A stretch of 64,000 bases of DNA from Eledone cirrhosa (lineage: Eukaryota). The stretch is taken from assembly GCA_964016885.1 (NCBI GenBank), contig OZ024745.1:127038001-127102000 (forward strand). The letters run 5' to 3'. Position numbers and translations under genes: made by a program. Shown here one piece after another: positions 1 to 13,971 of the stretch; position 1 is the first letter of the stretch, and each line of letters starts with the position of its first letter. Below the pieces are notes generated by a model, which saw nothing but the letters and a program-made list of their open reading frames with translations, was not told the DNA's origin and did no database searches.

Positions 1-160
1 TATGACAGACGTAGCATTACCGGCAGAATTTACCAAAGACCACAGTGAGTGTGTTCCGTTATCATTTATGGCAATATTATTACAACAATATGACCCTCCC
101 CAAGTATAACAATATTTGTTTCGACACACGATTTCATATCAAAAACCTTGCAAAACAAAT
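1..160 (+). mobile_element. Terminal fragment of a PLE-like family, abutting (TA)n
   Basis: atgaccctccccaagtataacaatat...aaacaaat matches 12820-12843, 49008-49080 and (inverted) 12400-12480 and 56298-56320; those copies are linked to a hammerhead motif. Confidence 0.55.
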
Positions 161-323
161 ATATATATATATAGGCTGCTGTCGTTTATTTATCAAATAT
201 TTCTTCATAGGACCCTTTAATCTTATAGCCTGGTCTAATTGATTTTTTTATGTGGTTAATTATGGTAATTGGGAGAGGAAATTGTGTATATATTTTATCA
301 AATGATTCTATGGACATACTTTA

Positions 324-398
<75 letters not shown>

Positions 399-1076
399 GT
401 TATGCAAGAAATGCTTTGGATTATCCTGAATGCAGTAATGGTTAATTACTACACTAGTTAGAGTCGACGTACGGTGAGGGGTTACTCAAGGAGTTACAAA
501 AGAACAGTTAAAGAAACTTGTTTTACGATTCTTCTATATTCCGGAGTGTAGATAAAGAATGATTAATAAAACAGGTAGACATCATAAAAAGGTAATTTAT
601 TCCAAGTGTTTACAAATGTTTCTTTAGTAGTTACACAGCCTAGTCATGCTATATACAAATTGGTAGTTATTAATTTGCAGATACTCAATTTTCAAAAGCT
701 GTTCGCACTACCAAATCTTCAGAACGAATGGTTGAATCATGGTTTCTTTATATTTCTTAAAGGGAGTAATTGGAGAAGATAGAGTAGAAAAGGAAGAGAG
801 AAAGAAATGGAGAGAGAGAAAGAGAGAAGGAGAAAGAGAGAGAGAGAGAGAGAGAGAGCGGGGGGGGGGGGGCAGAGAAAAGTTAAGAGAAGGGGAAGGA
901 AAGGCGATATACACCGAGTTGATAGTTGTAGTTTGCTGATCGTACTTAAGTATCCATTTATTACGATAAGCAAGGTACTGGTTAGTAGTGGGGGGGGGGG
1001 GTTATAGTTAGGAAGTAAGTATTGAGTGAAATTAGTTAGCGAGAAAGTGGTGTAGTAGTCTCGGGTTCATATTATG

Positions 1077-1121
<45 letters not shown>

Positions 1122-1211
1122 TATGTAAAAGGTAGACAGAAATAACAACACAATCGGTACAGTATATGGAAGGGATATATTAGGTTAACGCTTGATATAG
1201 CAGGAAGAGGG

Positions 1212-1247
1212 TCTTAACGTTTCGGACGCTAGTCCTTCATCAGAAGA
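1212..1247 (-). ncRNA. Minimal type I hammerhead ribozyme motif
   Basis: Minus strand reads TCTT CTGATGA A GGAC tagc GTCC GAAAC GTT AAGA; a degenerate paralogue with the same tail lies at ~22100-22225 (+). Confidence 0.75.
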
Positions 1248-1854
1248 AAGAATGAGAAATAAGATAGATTGAGGGGACAGGCGGGATGGAATTGGAAAAA
1301 ATGTCTTTAGATAAAAATAACAGGTCCATTCATGTTGACATCTCTTGCAAAACTGTTGGTGCTGCCATTTTGTACCATATATCGAATGAAATAAACTTCA
1401 GTTTATATCAAACAGGTTGCTAAGCAAGTACAAAAGAACTACAGATTTTTATAGTTCTTATGCACTCAAATGGTACCAAAAATCTACACTTGTGTATGTT
1501 AGCAACATTTGTACTTACCCAGCTAACTTATTCTCATTAAATACCAGCGAGATCTACAAAGGAGCTGATAGGATTCTGATTTTTTTTTCAGAGTATTTAT
1601 TTTATACGGATTCCTAACTCAGCTGAGGAATGACAGTTGTTGCCAACTGATTCATTAGACAGGAGCTATAATACTAATAATCACCTACATAGATACATAT
1701 ACATATACACAAAACACACACAAGTTCACACACACATTATATATATATATATATGTATATATATATGTATAAATATACGTACACACACACACGCATATAT
1801 ATATATATATATATATTATATATGTATGTGTGTATATATATATATATATATATG

Positions 1855-1900
<46 letters not shown>

Positions 1901-1950
1901 TATATATATATATTAATATATATATATATTAATATATATATATATATATA

Positions 1951-1986
<36 letters not shown>

Positions 1987-2027
1987 CATACATATATATA
2001 TATATACACACACACACATACACACAT

Positions 2028-2074
<47 letters not shown>

Positions 2075-2452
2075 ATATACGTATACATATTAATGTAAAT
2101 ATAATGTAAACAAAAAATGAATCAAAGTAATTTGAAAGATATTCCAGCAGGTAATCGGAACTATGTAACATCAAAGAGAATTGTCAGACATTTTAAATCA
2201 GACGAAATCCTAACCCGACCATAGGGAGAAGAGTTGTTAATGTGATTTTCCATGTCGCTTCTAGTATTGTACCAGCGTTCCTCTTTCATTACATATTACT
2301 ACAAGAATGTTACCAAGAATACCCAGCTTTGTATTCATTGGCTCAACCACTTACTAAGGAGATCTGTTGCTAAAGAACATCTTCTTGTCTCTGAGCTCCG
2401 GTTTTCTTGTCTTTTTACTAGTCATATATATACAGTCTGTATATATATATGA

Positions 2453-2902
2453 CTGGCAGTATCGCTAGAGGGTCGGACGCTATGCTTTGACGCATAGAGT
2501 TACGGCCCTTGCCATTCTGAGTTCAAATCCCGCTGAGGTTAACTTTGCCTTTTATCCTTACCAGGTCGATAAAATAAAGTACCAGTAATACACTGCGTTT
2601 GTGCTGGTCTTGTGCTAAAAGTAGAAACAATTATTAGGGCGGTGGATTGGCAGTATCAGTAGAGAGTCGGACACCATGCTTTGCAGCATAGAGTCACGGC
2701 CCTTTACGCCATGTGGTGGTGGTGGTGGTGGTTGTGGCAGCATATATATAAAGGCATAGAGTTACGTCCCTTTACGATCTGAGTTCAAAACCTGCCGAGG
2801 TTAGCTTTGCCTTTCATCCTTACGGGGTCGATAATATAAATAAAGTACCAGTAATGCACTGGGGTAATTGCTGGCCTTGTGCCAAAAGTAGAAACAATTA
2901 TT
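2453..2902 (+). mobile_element. Cluster of tRNA-derived SINE copies (octopus-type)
   Basis: tggcagtatcg...gagttcaaatcccg (B-box-like)...tcgataaaataaagtaccagta...agtagaaacaattatt; one near-full copy and two partial copies. Confidence 0.85.
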
Positions 2903-4520
2903 AAATTATTCACTTTACGCGAATAACCCGCTATAACGCGTGTGGTTTTTAATTTCTTTTTATTTCTGGTAAAATTAGACTTAAATTACGCGAATTTGCT
3001 TTACGTGCTGCGTTCAACGAACACATCAAGCGAACAAACTATAGTGGAAAACTCTTCTGTCGTTAGATTGAGTCATATTTCTATATAATACATGGTTTTT
3101 AAGAGTAAGAAGATCTGCTTGTAGAATATAATGCAAGGCATACCACAGACGTGAATTATGTAAGGATTGTCAGAGATAGAGATAGGGAAAGAAAGATTGA
3201 ATGAAAGAGAATAAGTAGAGAATGAAAGGAAGGAAGGAAAGAAAGAAGGAATAAATAAATAAATAAATAAATAACGAAAGAAAGAAAAAAATCACAATGA
3301 AAATAAACAAATAAAGGAAGGAAGAGAGAAAGAAAATAAAGAAAAAAAAACAAAGAAAAAATAAAGAAAGAAAAGAAAAAAAGAAGTAAAGAAAATAAAT
3401 GAATAAAGGAAGGAAGACAGAAAGAAACAAAGAAAAGAAAGAAACAAACAAACAGAAAATAAGGAAAGAAGAAAAAAGAAATAAAGAAAATAAAGAAACA
3501 AACAAAGAAAGAAAATAAAAAAGAAGGGAGACAGCAAGAAAGAAGGAAAATAAATAAATAAAGAAACAAACAAAGAAACAAAATAAAAAACAGAGAAAAT
3601 AAAGAAAGGACGAAAGAAAGAAAGAAATAGAGGAAGAATGGAAGAAAATAGAAAGAAAGAAAGAAGAAAATGTGGAATGACGTACTTTTGAGATTTATGT
3701 GAAGTAGGCGAGATTTTTAGATTGTTGAATATTACATTTCTGAGGTGAGTGATGTGGTGGAGTTGTTAGAACTGGTTTCTGTGGTTCAGGGTTCAAATCC
3801 CACCGAGTTGTTAGAGCCTTAGATAATTGTACTGGGTCTCTGTGGTTAGGGTTCAAATCCCACCGAGTTGTTAGAGCCTTAGATAATTGTACTGGGTCTC
3901 TGTGGTCCAGAGTTCAAATCACACCGGGGTCCATTTTGCCTTTCATGCTTTTGCAGCCCTTTTTCCGTTCAGTTGTCACATCCTGGATGTTTCGGTGGAT
4001 CAGGGGAAAGGAATGAGGGAGAGTCGAGTGGATGTCGATGTCCGTGTGTTGTTCGTGATTGCATGGCTACCCATAGCGAAAGTATAGTATCATATTACAT
4101 ATTACCAAGTCATACTCGATTGTGAGTGCTGGCTCTAGTAACAGTTACTATTCTGAACAGTTCTTTACTCTGTAGAATATTCAAGGGTGTCGCTGGCCAC
4201 TCTCTGCGGTGTTTCGCAGCCCAGCCCCCACCTCGACCCAACCTGGTGTGGAGTCTGTCACCCTCTCCCCTCCCCCTTTCTATCCTCCGTTGCCAACTAG
4301 TCCCTGTTCTTTCCCTATAGTCCTCGCTTTTTCCCTATAGTCCTTGCTCTTTCCCTCCCTTTCTTCTCATTTATGGCATTTATAGTCATTTCCTCTACTT
4401 TTCTATACAGCCAGATCTGTCCTTCTTTATCCCTTCCTTCTGTTTTTTCATTACTTAATTTTGATTTTGTCCTTTTTTAATATTTTCCACAATTGTATAA
4501 CTATCTTGATTTATAAACTA

Positions 4521-4877
4521 CTAACAAAAGATCCCGTCGTTGCCGGGCACACCCGTCATTTCTCCACTGTAAATAAAGACCCCCCCCCCTCCTCAACATT
4601 GCCGTCTTTAAATAGCCCCAGAACTCTGTTACTTTGAGAAGAGAAATATTTAAACTATATGTTGACATGTTCCAGGAACTAAATAACCTATGTATCAAAT
4701 TTGAACAAAATCGAATGGAAACTGTAGAAATGCATCGGTTACATACATACAGACGTCTGCATGTATGTAGCCGATGCATTTCTACAGTTTCCATTCGATT
4801 TTGTTCAAATTTGATACATAGGTTATTTAGTTCCTGGAACATGTCAACATATAGTTTAAATATTTCTCTTCTCAAAG
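4521..4877 (-). mobile_element. Non-autonomous Helitron-like fragment ending in a 246-bp palindrome
   Basis: Minus-strand 3' end cccggcaacgacggg hairpin followed by ttagt (CTAG-like); 4632-4754 is mirrored by 4755-4877 with 2 mismatches. Confidence 0.6.
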
Positions 4878-5451
4878 AAACATTCGATTCTTCCTCTATA
4901 TTTCTTTCTCACTTCCATTCTCTCACACTCTATATCCTTCTCTGGAAGAAATCTTCAGTAGTCAGACCTGGAGAGGAGATGGACTCCACCAACCGGGTTT
5001 GAAAATGCTCAAGAAATGCCGTATCTCAATACAACGCCTCAACAACTCTCCTCTTCGTCACTGATGTTACCCAAAGGAAAGGCAATGGCCGATATAGCTA
5101 GACCCCAGTGACGCCGCAACTCAATTTTACACCTGAGAAAACTAAAGTAACGTGAAATAAATGGAAATAAATGTAGAAGGAAGGGGAATATCAAGAAAGA
5201 CATGGTTAAAGATGGAGCAGGAAGTGCAAGCAAGTGGGTTGGTGAAGGGGGAGGGGGAGCAGACAACAGGGCAAAAGCCCACAAGGCTAGCTCTTGCTTT
5301 AGGGAAAATAGCCTTAAGATGGCAGATGAAAAGTTCATAGGCTGACTAGAGATGTGAAATCCTGCATACATTAATTTCAATTCTTCTTATTGATAACTAC
5401 ATTGTTTCTACCCAGAGACGTATATTTATATTACAATCGACGAAATCTCGT

Positions 5452-5610
<159 letters not shown>

Positions 5611-6128
5611 TCTCTAAGAAGCGAAATAAATAATTGTCTATATAGATAATAAACACAGCGACAAGGATATGGTCCGAACGTAGAAGAGCCGAACTCCCAC
5701 TATCATCGCCTCCATCTCTCTCGCCCTTCCCATCTTTCTGTATGGTGGTCAAAAAGGGTCCCACGTGCTGGCCTCCGTACAGCCCCGGCGGACAGAATGG
5801 AGAAAGCAAATTAGTTTTAATTTGGATAAACTAAGAGCTCAATATGTCTTGCTCAAGGACTCCACGCATTACCCTTATTAAACAACATCAAAAACAATTA
5901 TCAATGTATTGCAAGCTTGTTCATGTCTACAGTCTGGTGTAAACAGCTGACATTCTGATGATTTGTAGAAACTTTAAAATACACAAATAAATGACGTCAC
6001 CAAATTCTTGGCGGTCAACAACCTGGATTGTATTTACAAGCTAGTGTTTACATCATCATCGCCATCGTCGTCATCATCATCATCATCAACATCATCGCCC
6101 TCCTACTCAATCGTCGTTGCGATCTTCG

Positions 6129-6161
<33 letters not shown>

Positions 6162-6393
6162 CCACCATCATCAACATCACCGTCCTCTTACTCATTCATC
6201 ATCATCATCAACATCTTGTAAATGCCACCATAAGACTGGGCACCCCCTCCTTTGTTGTCATAATCACCGTCAATGTAATCAAATTATATAATAGGGAGGC
6301 GGCCCCAGTTTTAAGTTGAAAGATAAACATGTGTAACAATGAGAGAGGAAGTATTTTCACACAACTAAAGGGATTAACTAGAAAAGAAAAGAA

Positions 6394-7800
<1,407 letters not shown>

Positions 7801-8508
7801 CTAGACAGAGCCATAGATATATAGATATATGTTTTTGGCAACCATTCACGGTGTGGCTCAATGACGAATTAATTAATTAAATAATCAACAATCAGAGCAA
7901 TATATAAGAAAGTAAGTCCATAGAATCATTTGATAAAATATATACAGTATTTCCTCTCCCAATCAGCATAATTAACCACACAAACAATCAATTAAACGAG
8001 GCTATAAGTTTAAAATGCACCTATGAAGAAACAATAGATAAATAAATGATAGCTATTTTATCCGCGATCAACAGCCACAGAAGATTTACCTAGTATTTCT
8101 AATATCCCGTAGAAATCGATTAGACATATAGCCAACCATACACAATTAGGTACAAAATCAAAGTTAGAAGAAAAAATGTATATAAACATACCAAAATTAG
8201 GTCTTTACCCCAAGAGCTTTTGGAAATATCCGATCATAGATAAATTCACGAATTTCGAAATCATCAGGAAACAAACTCAATTGGACAAAGATTTTTCTTA
8301 AATGATCCCCGCCAGAAACGAATTCAAAATGGCTAAGAACTGTCACGTGGCTAGTGGTCAAGTCAGAAAGTTTGTGATTGGTGCCTGACGGCGAGTGGGC
8401 TGGTTGCTAGAAAGCGCAGCCGAATACTGCCTAAATTGTTTCTGCACCATACGGGAGTTTATAAAATATATAGATAGAATCTTCGTCCACGTGAGTTTGT
8501 TTCCTGAT

Positions 8509-9386
8509 GGGCAAAGGAAATATTCTGTAAATATGTGTGTGTATATCTGATTGTGTTAATTGACTGGTCAAGAGTTCAAATGGGGATGGGGAATTGTAAG
8601 CTAGAGACAAATTCTATGGCAGCAGTTGGGTTGTAAAAGAAATTCTATTATTGGAATATGGTTTTAGGGAGTGTGGGGGTGTATATATAAAAATACACAC
8701 ATGTGTGGGGTGTGAGTGTGTTTTCAGCCTGCCTGTCACAGGTCCCTTTGTGGTGGGAAATTAAAAATAATTTTTTTTTTTTTAAATAAAAAAAAACAGA
8801 GCAGAGTATCAGTAGAGTATCAGTAGAGCAGAGTATCAGTAGAGTATCAGTAGAGCAGAGTATCAGTAGAGTATCAGTAGAGCAGAGTATCAGTAGAGTA
8901 TCAGTAGAGCAGAGTATCAGTAGAGTATCAGTAGAGCAGAGTATCAGTAGTGTATCAGTAGAGCAGAGTATCAGTAGAGCAGAGTATCAGTAGAGCAGAG
9001 TATCAGTAGAGCAGAGTATCAGTAGAGCAGAGTATCAGTAGTGGCTCTCAAACAGGAACTTCTGGAATGAGTAATTTTTTCTCTTTTATTTTGTGGTGTT
9101 TGTGTGTGTGGGGGGTCTAATGGGGGTGATTACATATTTAATTACACACACACACACCCCACACATGTGTGTATTGTTATATATACACCCTCACACTATA
9201 TATACACACACTCCCTAAAACCATATTCCAATCATAGAATTTCTTTTACAACCCTACTCCTGCCATAGAATTTGCCTGTATCTTACAGTTCCCCAACCTC
9301 CTCGCCAACCCCATTTGAACTCTTGACCAGTCAATTAACACAATCAGATATACACACACATATTTACAGAATATTTCCTTTGTCCC
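8509..9386. mobile_element. Long-TIR (foldback/MITE-like) element with internal minisatellite
   Basis: Arms of about 210-240 bp (8509-8721 vs ~9144-9386) are imperfect inverted repeats; no clear TSD. Confidence 0.65.
8798..9041. repeat. Minisatellite of 11-bp (agagtatcagt) and 16-bp (agagcagagtatcagt) units
   Basis: Direct inspection. Confidence 0.95.
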
Positions 9387-9587
9387 CAAAAAACAATCTT
9401 GTTCTGTGAAGAAACACAACTACCAACACTGCTATTATGACTACACACCTCTGTCTCAATATACACAAGAACTCATTTCCCAGTCCACTTCTGAGCAAGG
9501 AAGATGAGAAAAAAACTTACTCCAACACTCAATTTTAAATCTTTTTAATTGTAATACTCAACATTGGATAAGATGAATTTTAATAAT

Positions 9588-9779
9588 TGTTTCTACTTTT
9601 GGCACAAGGCCAGCAAATACCCAATACATTACTGGTACTTTATTTTATCGACCCCGTAAGGATGAAAGGCAAAGTTAACCCTGATGGGATTTGAACTCAG
9701 ACCATAAAGGGATGTAACTATGCTAGAAAGCATGGCGTCCAACCCTCTACAGATACTGCCAATTCACCGCCCTTTTACA
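9588..9779 (-). mobile_element. tRNA-derived SINE with 12-bp TSD, inserted in a hammerhead loop
   Basis: TSD aattttaataat at 9576-9587 and 9780-9791. Confidence 0.8.
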
Positions 9780-10490
9780 AATTTTAATAATACATCGAAA
9801 CCGGTAATACTTTATATACATTATAAAACTCTTTTTTTAAAAGAATCGTCCCTCTCATTTTTTCAATAATGTCATATTTTCAATAATGTCACTTTGACGA
9901 ATCAAAGAAAGGAAAAAAAAGAAAACAAACCCTAAAATATATTTTCGGTGTTATTTCCAACTTCACCTTTTCTCTATATCCACTGTTTTGTATAGAACTT
10001 ACGAAATATATTTCAAGTTTTAAATAGAAACCAAAATATATGATAGTGCACATACTTAAATATGGAATGATACTTAAATATGGAATGATATGGAATGATA
10101 CGCGAAAGTTTGATTTTAAATCGATGCTATTGAACCCATACAATCACATTGTTACAGATGTTGATATACCTGTTGAGCTCCTCACGGGAAAAGTAGGATG
10201 TGAGGGAGCGGCAGTTTAGAGAGATAAATGAGTATGTTCTCTTTAGTCGAAATAGTCTCCCCGTGGTTTTGACGTCAGAGGCTGCTCTTTCCAGGATTTA
10301 GAACATTATCTTCATAGGAAATAGTTGAGACTTCTTCGGGACAATCGTGGGGTCTGTAACAGTGGAGTTGTTTGTACCAGTCATGTTTTCTATTAACAGA
10401 AATATTTTCAGAAGATTCCATACAAGACTGGGTGAAAATATTTGTTTAAACTTTTAATGCGCTAATAATAAATATTTGCTCTAGGGGTTG

Positions 10491-10521
<31 letters not shown>

Positions 10522-11076
10522 TAATATAATGTATATATATATGTATGTGTGTGTGTGTATCTGTATATATATATTATATATATATATATGTATATGTATT
10601 TATATATATGTATATATTTATATATATGAATATGTATATATGTATTTATATATATATGTATGTGTGTGTGTGTGTGTGTATCTGTATATATATATTATAT
10701 ATATATATATGTATATGTATTTATATATATGTATATATTTATATATATGAATATGTATATACATATATATATATGTATTTATATATATATGTATGTGTGC
10801 GTGTGTAAGTGTGTATGCCTGTTTACATAATCCCTCCGTAAATATGTACATATGTGTCTAAGCCATCAACACATGATCAGACTGTAATCTTGATACTTCA
10901 AAATATCCCACATTTAGCAACAACAACAACAACAACAAAAATAATATCACTGTTGCCATGGTTGCAAATAAACAACATACTAACTAATTCCAGATTTCTA
11001 TGACTTGGTACAGTGGGTGACGTCGACGTGATTGTGAGTAGGGGAAGGTGGGGCTGTGTAGTGTGTCTAAGTCTGA

Positions 11077-11452
11077 AGCCTGTCTCAAGCCAGGAAGATC
11101 GTCAGGTCAGTGTGTATCTCTGTTTCGTAGCGTGAAGCGACCGAGTGTACAACACTCCCTCCTGGACAGGACGCTAGACCATCGCAGGGTTAAAGCCTGT
11201 CTCAAGCCAGAAGGATCGTCAGGCCAATGTGTTTCCCAGTTTCGTAGCATGAAGCGACTGAGTGTACAAGACTCCCTCCTGCACAGGACACCAGTCCATC
11301 GCAGGTTTAACCCCCAGCTATTGCTGGTACTCATGTTTCAGCTGAGTATACTGGAGAAACGTGTTTTGCTAAAGAACACTTCACGCGACCCAGCTCAGGA
11401 ATCGAACCTACGACATTATGATTGTAAGTCCAACACCCTTACCACTTGGACC
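11077..11452 (-). mobile_element. tRNA-headed Nin/Deu-like SINE with tandemly duplicated 3' tail
   Basis: Minus head ggtccaagtggtaagg...ggttcgattcc; central ctcagctg...gagtaccagc motif; ~117-bp tail repeated at 11077 and 11194. Confidence 0.65.
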
Positions 11453-11928
11453 GTACTGATTTCTAATGCAACTTCTGTAAGTGCTGTTGCAACCACAACT
11501 GCACAAAAACAGCAATTGCATAGGCAGTTCGGATTTGTGTATAGTCATTAGCAGGCATTTGGCTACGACCTGCGATCGAACTATCTAGATCGAACTTCGT
11601 ACTGCTACTGAGGAAGTCGAATGACAGTGTGATAACCCCGTTACTAACCAAAGATTATCTATTCCAGCATTTTCTACGGTTAGAATAAATAACTGTTTCT
11701 ACTTTAGGCACAAAGCCAGCAATTACTCAGTGCATTACTGGTACTTTATTTTATCGACCCGGTTAGAATAAATAACAAATAATATATTTAGACCTCAAAC
11801 CCTCGACTAGTTTCACCATGCTGCTTTTCACGTGGAGATTGGTAGTCGAACCCTGCCAGATATAGACAGGTATTTTGTATTATACACTAAATTGCAGTTA
11901 CATTTATTTTGATTTATATAATTGACAA

Positions 11929-12055
11929 ATTCCCCTGATGATTGATTCGCGTCTCCCATAACTTACCAAATTCGATAGTTGGTGATAGATGATCGATTTC
12001 TTCGATTGATTTTAAGTTATGCTTTTTCTAATCACGAAATAGAGCTATAAGGAAT
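11929..12055 (+). ncRNA. Type I hammerhead motif with large branched stem II
   Basis: ATTCC(C) CTGATGA t TGATT [CATAACTTA..two hairpins..TAAGTTATG] AATCA c GAAA TAG ag CTA TA (A)GGAAT. Confidence 0.65.
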
Positions 12056-12100
12056 AAGAAGTTTTAAGAATTTTTGAGCGTGACAATTTTGCTGGTATAC

Positions 12101-12156
<56 letters not shown>

Positions 12157-12159
<3 letters not shown>

Positions 12160-12384
12160 ATAATAATAAATTTGAAGACTAAAATTCAAAGAGGGCTCGA
12201 TAAGGATAAATATATATCAAATATATAAGAACCGTAGAGCAAATATTTCTTAAAATAGATTAAAGTTTAAACAAAGAATCGCTGCTTTCACCCTTAACCG
12301 GATCTTCTGAGTTTCAGAAGATCCGGTTAAGGGTGAAAGCAGCGATTATTTGCTTAAACTTTAATCTGTTATTTTAATAAATAT
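12157..12384. mobile_element. Fold-back PLE-like terminus between (TA)n tracts; hammerhead-like motif at 12310-12360
   Basis: Inverted arms centred at ~12312; AGTTT CAGAAGA..GAAA GCA..TGC TT AAACT; the same family recurs at 52338-52556. Confidence 0.65.
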
Positions 12385-12394
12385 ATATATATAT

Positions 12395-12952
<558 letters not shown>

Positions 12953-13056
12953 ATGTGTGTGTGTGTGTGTGTCTGTGTGTGTGTGTCTGATGGTAGCTAA
13001 GATGCTTCCATAGGTGGTATGCCGGTTGAGCACTCTATGTTCTTACAGAGTAGAGT

Positions 13057-13296
13057 ATGATATAATATAAAACGAAAAATCAGTGATGCATCTGAACTCA
13101 ATTTATTGTGTTACAATTGTTTCACTTAAGTGAAAGAATTTGCTCCGAAATCATTAGACGTGTCCATCGAACCTGCGGATCCAGAATCAGACAGATCCAC
13201 ACAATGATCGTGTCTGGAGCTGTCCGCCGGCGAAACATTGTAACACACAATAAATTGAGTTCAGATGCATCACTGATTTTTCGTTTTATATTATCA
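13057..13296. mobile_element. Fold-back element with degenerate hammerhead (13160-13246)
   Basis: ~60-bp inverted arms; centre homologous to 23847-24003 but the core reads CCATCGA. Confidence 0.65.
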
Positions 13297-13819
13297 TCAT
13301 CATCATCATCATCATCATCATCGTTTAACGTCCATCTTCCACGCTAGAATGGGTCTGGACGGGAATTGTCCCACTTGAGGGAAGATTGGTTGTCTTGCTC
13401 AGGACTGTCTGGCGGCTTTTCTACGGCTGGATGCCCTTCCTAACACCAACCACGTTTACAGTGTGGACTGGGAGGTTTTTACCGTGTTACCTACACGGCC
13501 ACATTACAGCGTAGACTGTGTGTTTTTTGTCGTGACAGCTACACGACCTCCTTTATTTAGGACTGGATGTTGTGGTACCAACATAACTTTACATCGAAAG
13601 GGGTGGTGTGGATGGGGTGGGGGTAGGGGTAGTGGGAAGGGGTGTATTTTGGTTAAGAGGTGCCTACTGTACTTAGGCAAGGTGGGTCTTCTGTATTACT
13701 GCGTAGCGCCAAAGATCTCGGTCCAGTGACATTGTCTTGGAGAGGTGTAAGTGTATGAGGTCGGAACTTGATAAATTCCGACCTCATACACTTACACCTC
13801 TCCAAGACAATGTCACTGG

Positions 13820-13824
<5 letters not shown>
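13294..13824 (-). mobile_element. RTE-related non-autonomous element with (GAT)n tail, truncated by a 49-bp perfect hairpin
   Basis: ttaggaagggcatccagccgtag motif typical of RTE-X leaders; arms 13718-13766 and 13776-13824. Confidence 0.55.
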
Positions 13825-13917
<93 letters not shown>

Positions 13918-13928
13918 ATATATATATA

Positions 13929-13968
<40 letters not shown>

Positions 13969-13971
<3 letters not shown>

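Noticed and set aside
1512-1565. Possible minus-strand micro-exon (tttgtag ... gtaagt)
   Set aside because: Only splice-like signals over 35 nt, with no homology or neighbouring exons to support a gene
4501-5002. Two similar ORFs on opposite strands (MRREIFKLY...)
   Set aside because: A by-product of the DNA palindrome, with no protein motif
5750-5805. HDV-like ribozyme in the GC-rich repeat (also 53060 and 60360)
   Set aside because: A possible pseudoknot (GCTG/CAGC with CTCCGT/ATGGAG) exists, but P3/L3 spacing does not fit and the pairing is not kept in the 53060 copy
8205-8300. Hammerhead on the minus strand; similar weak case at 28681-28720
   Set aside because: One half of the core is missing or mutated and the stems are weak, so these were not counted
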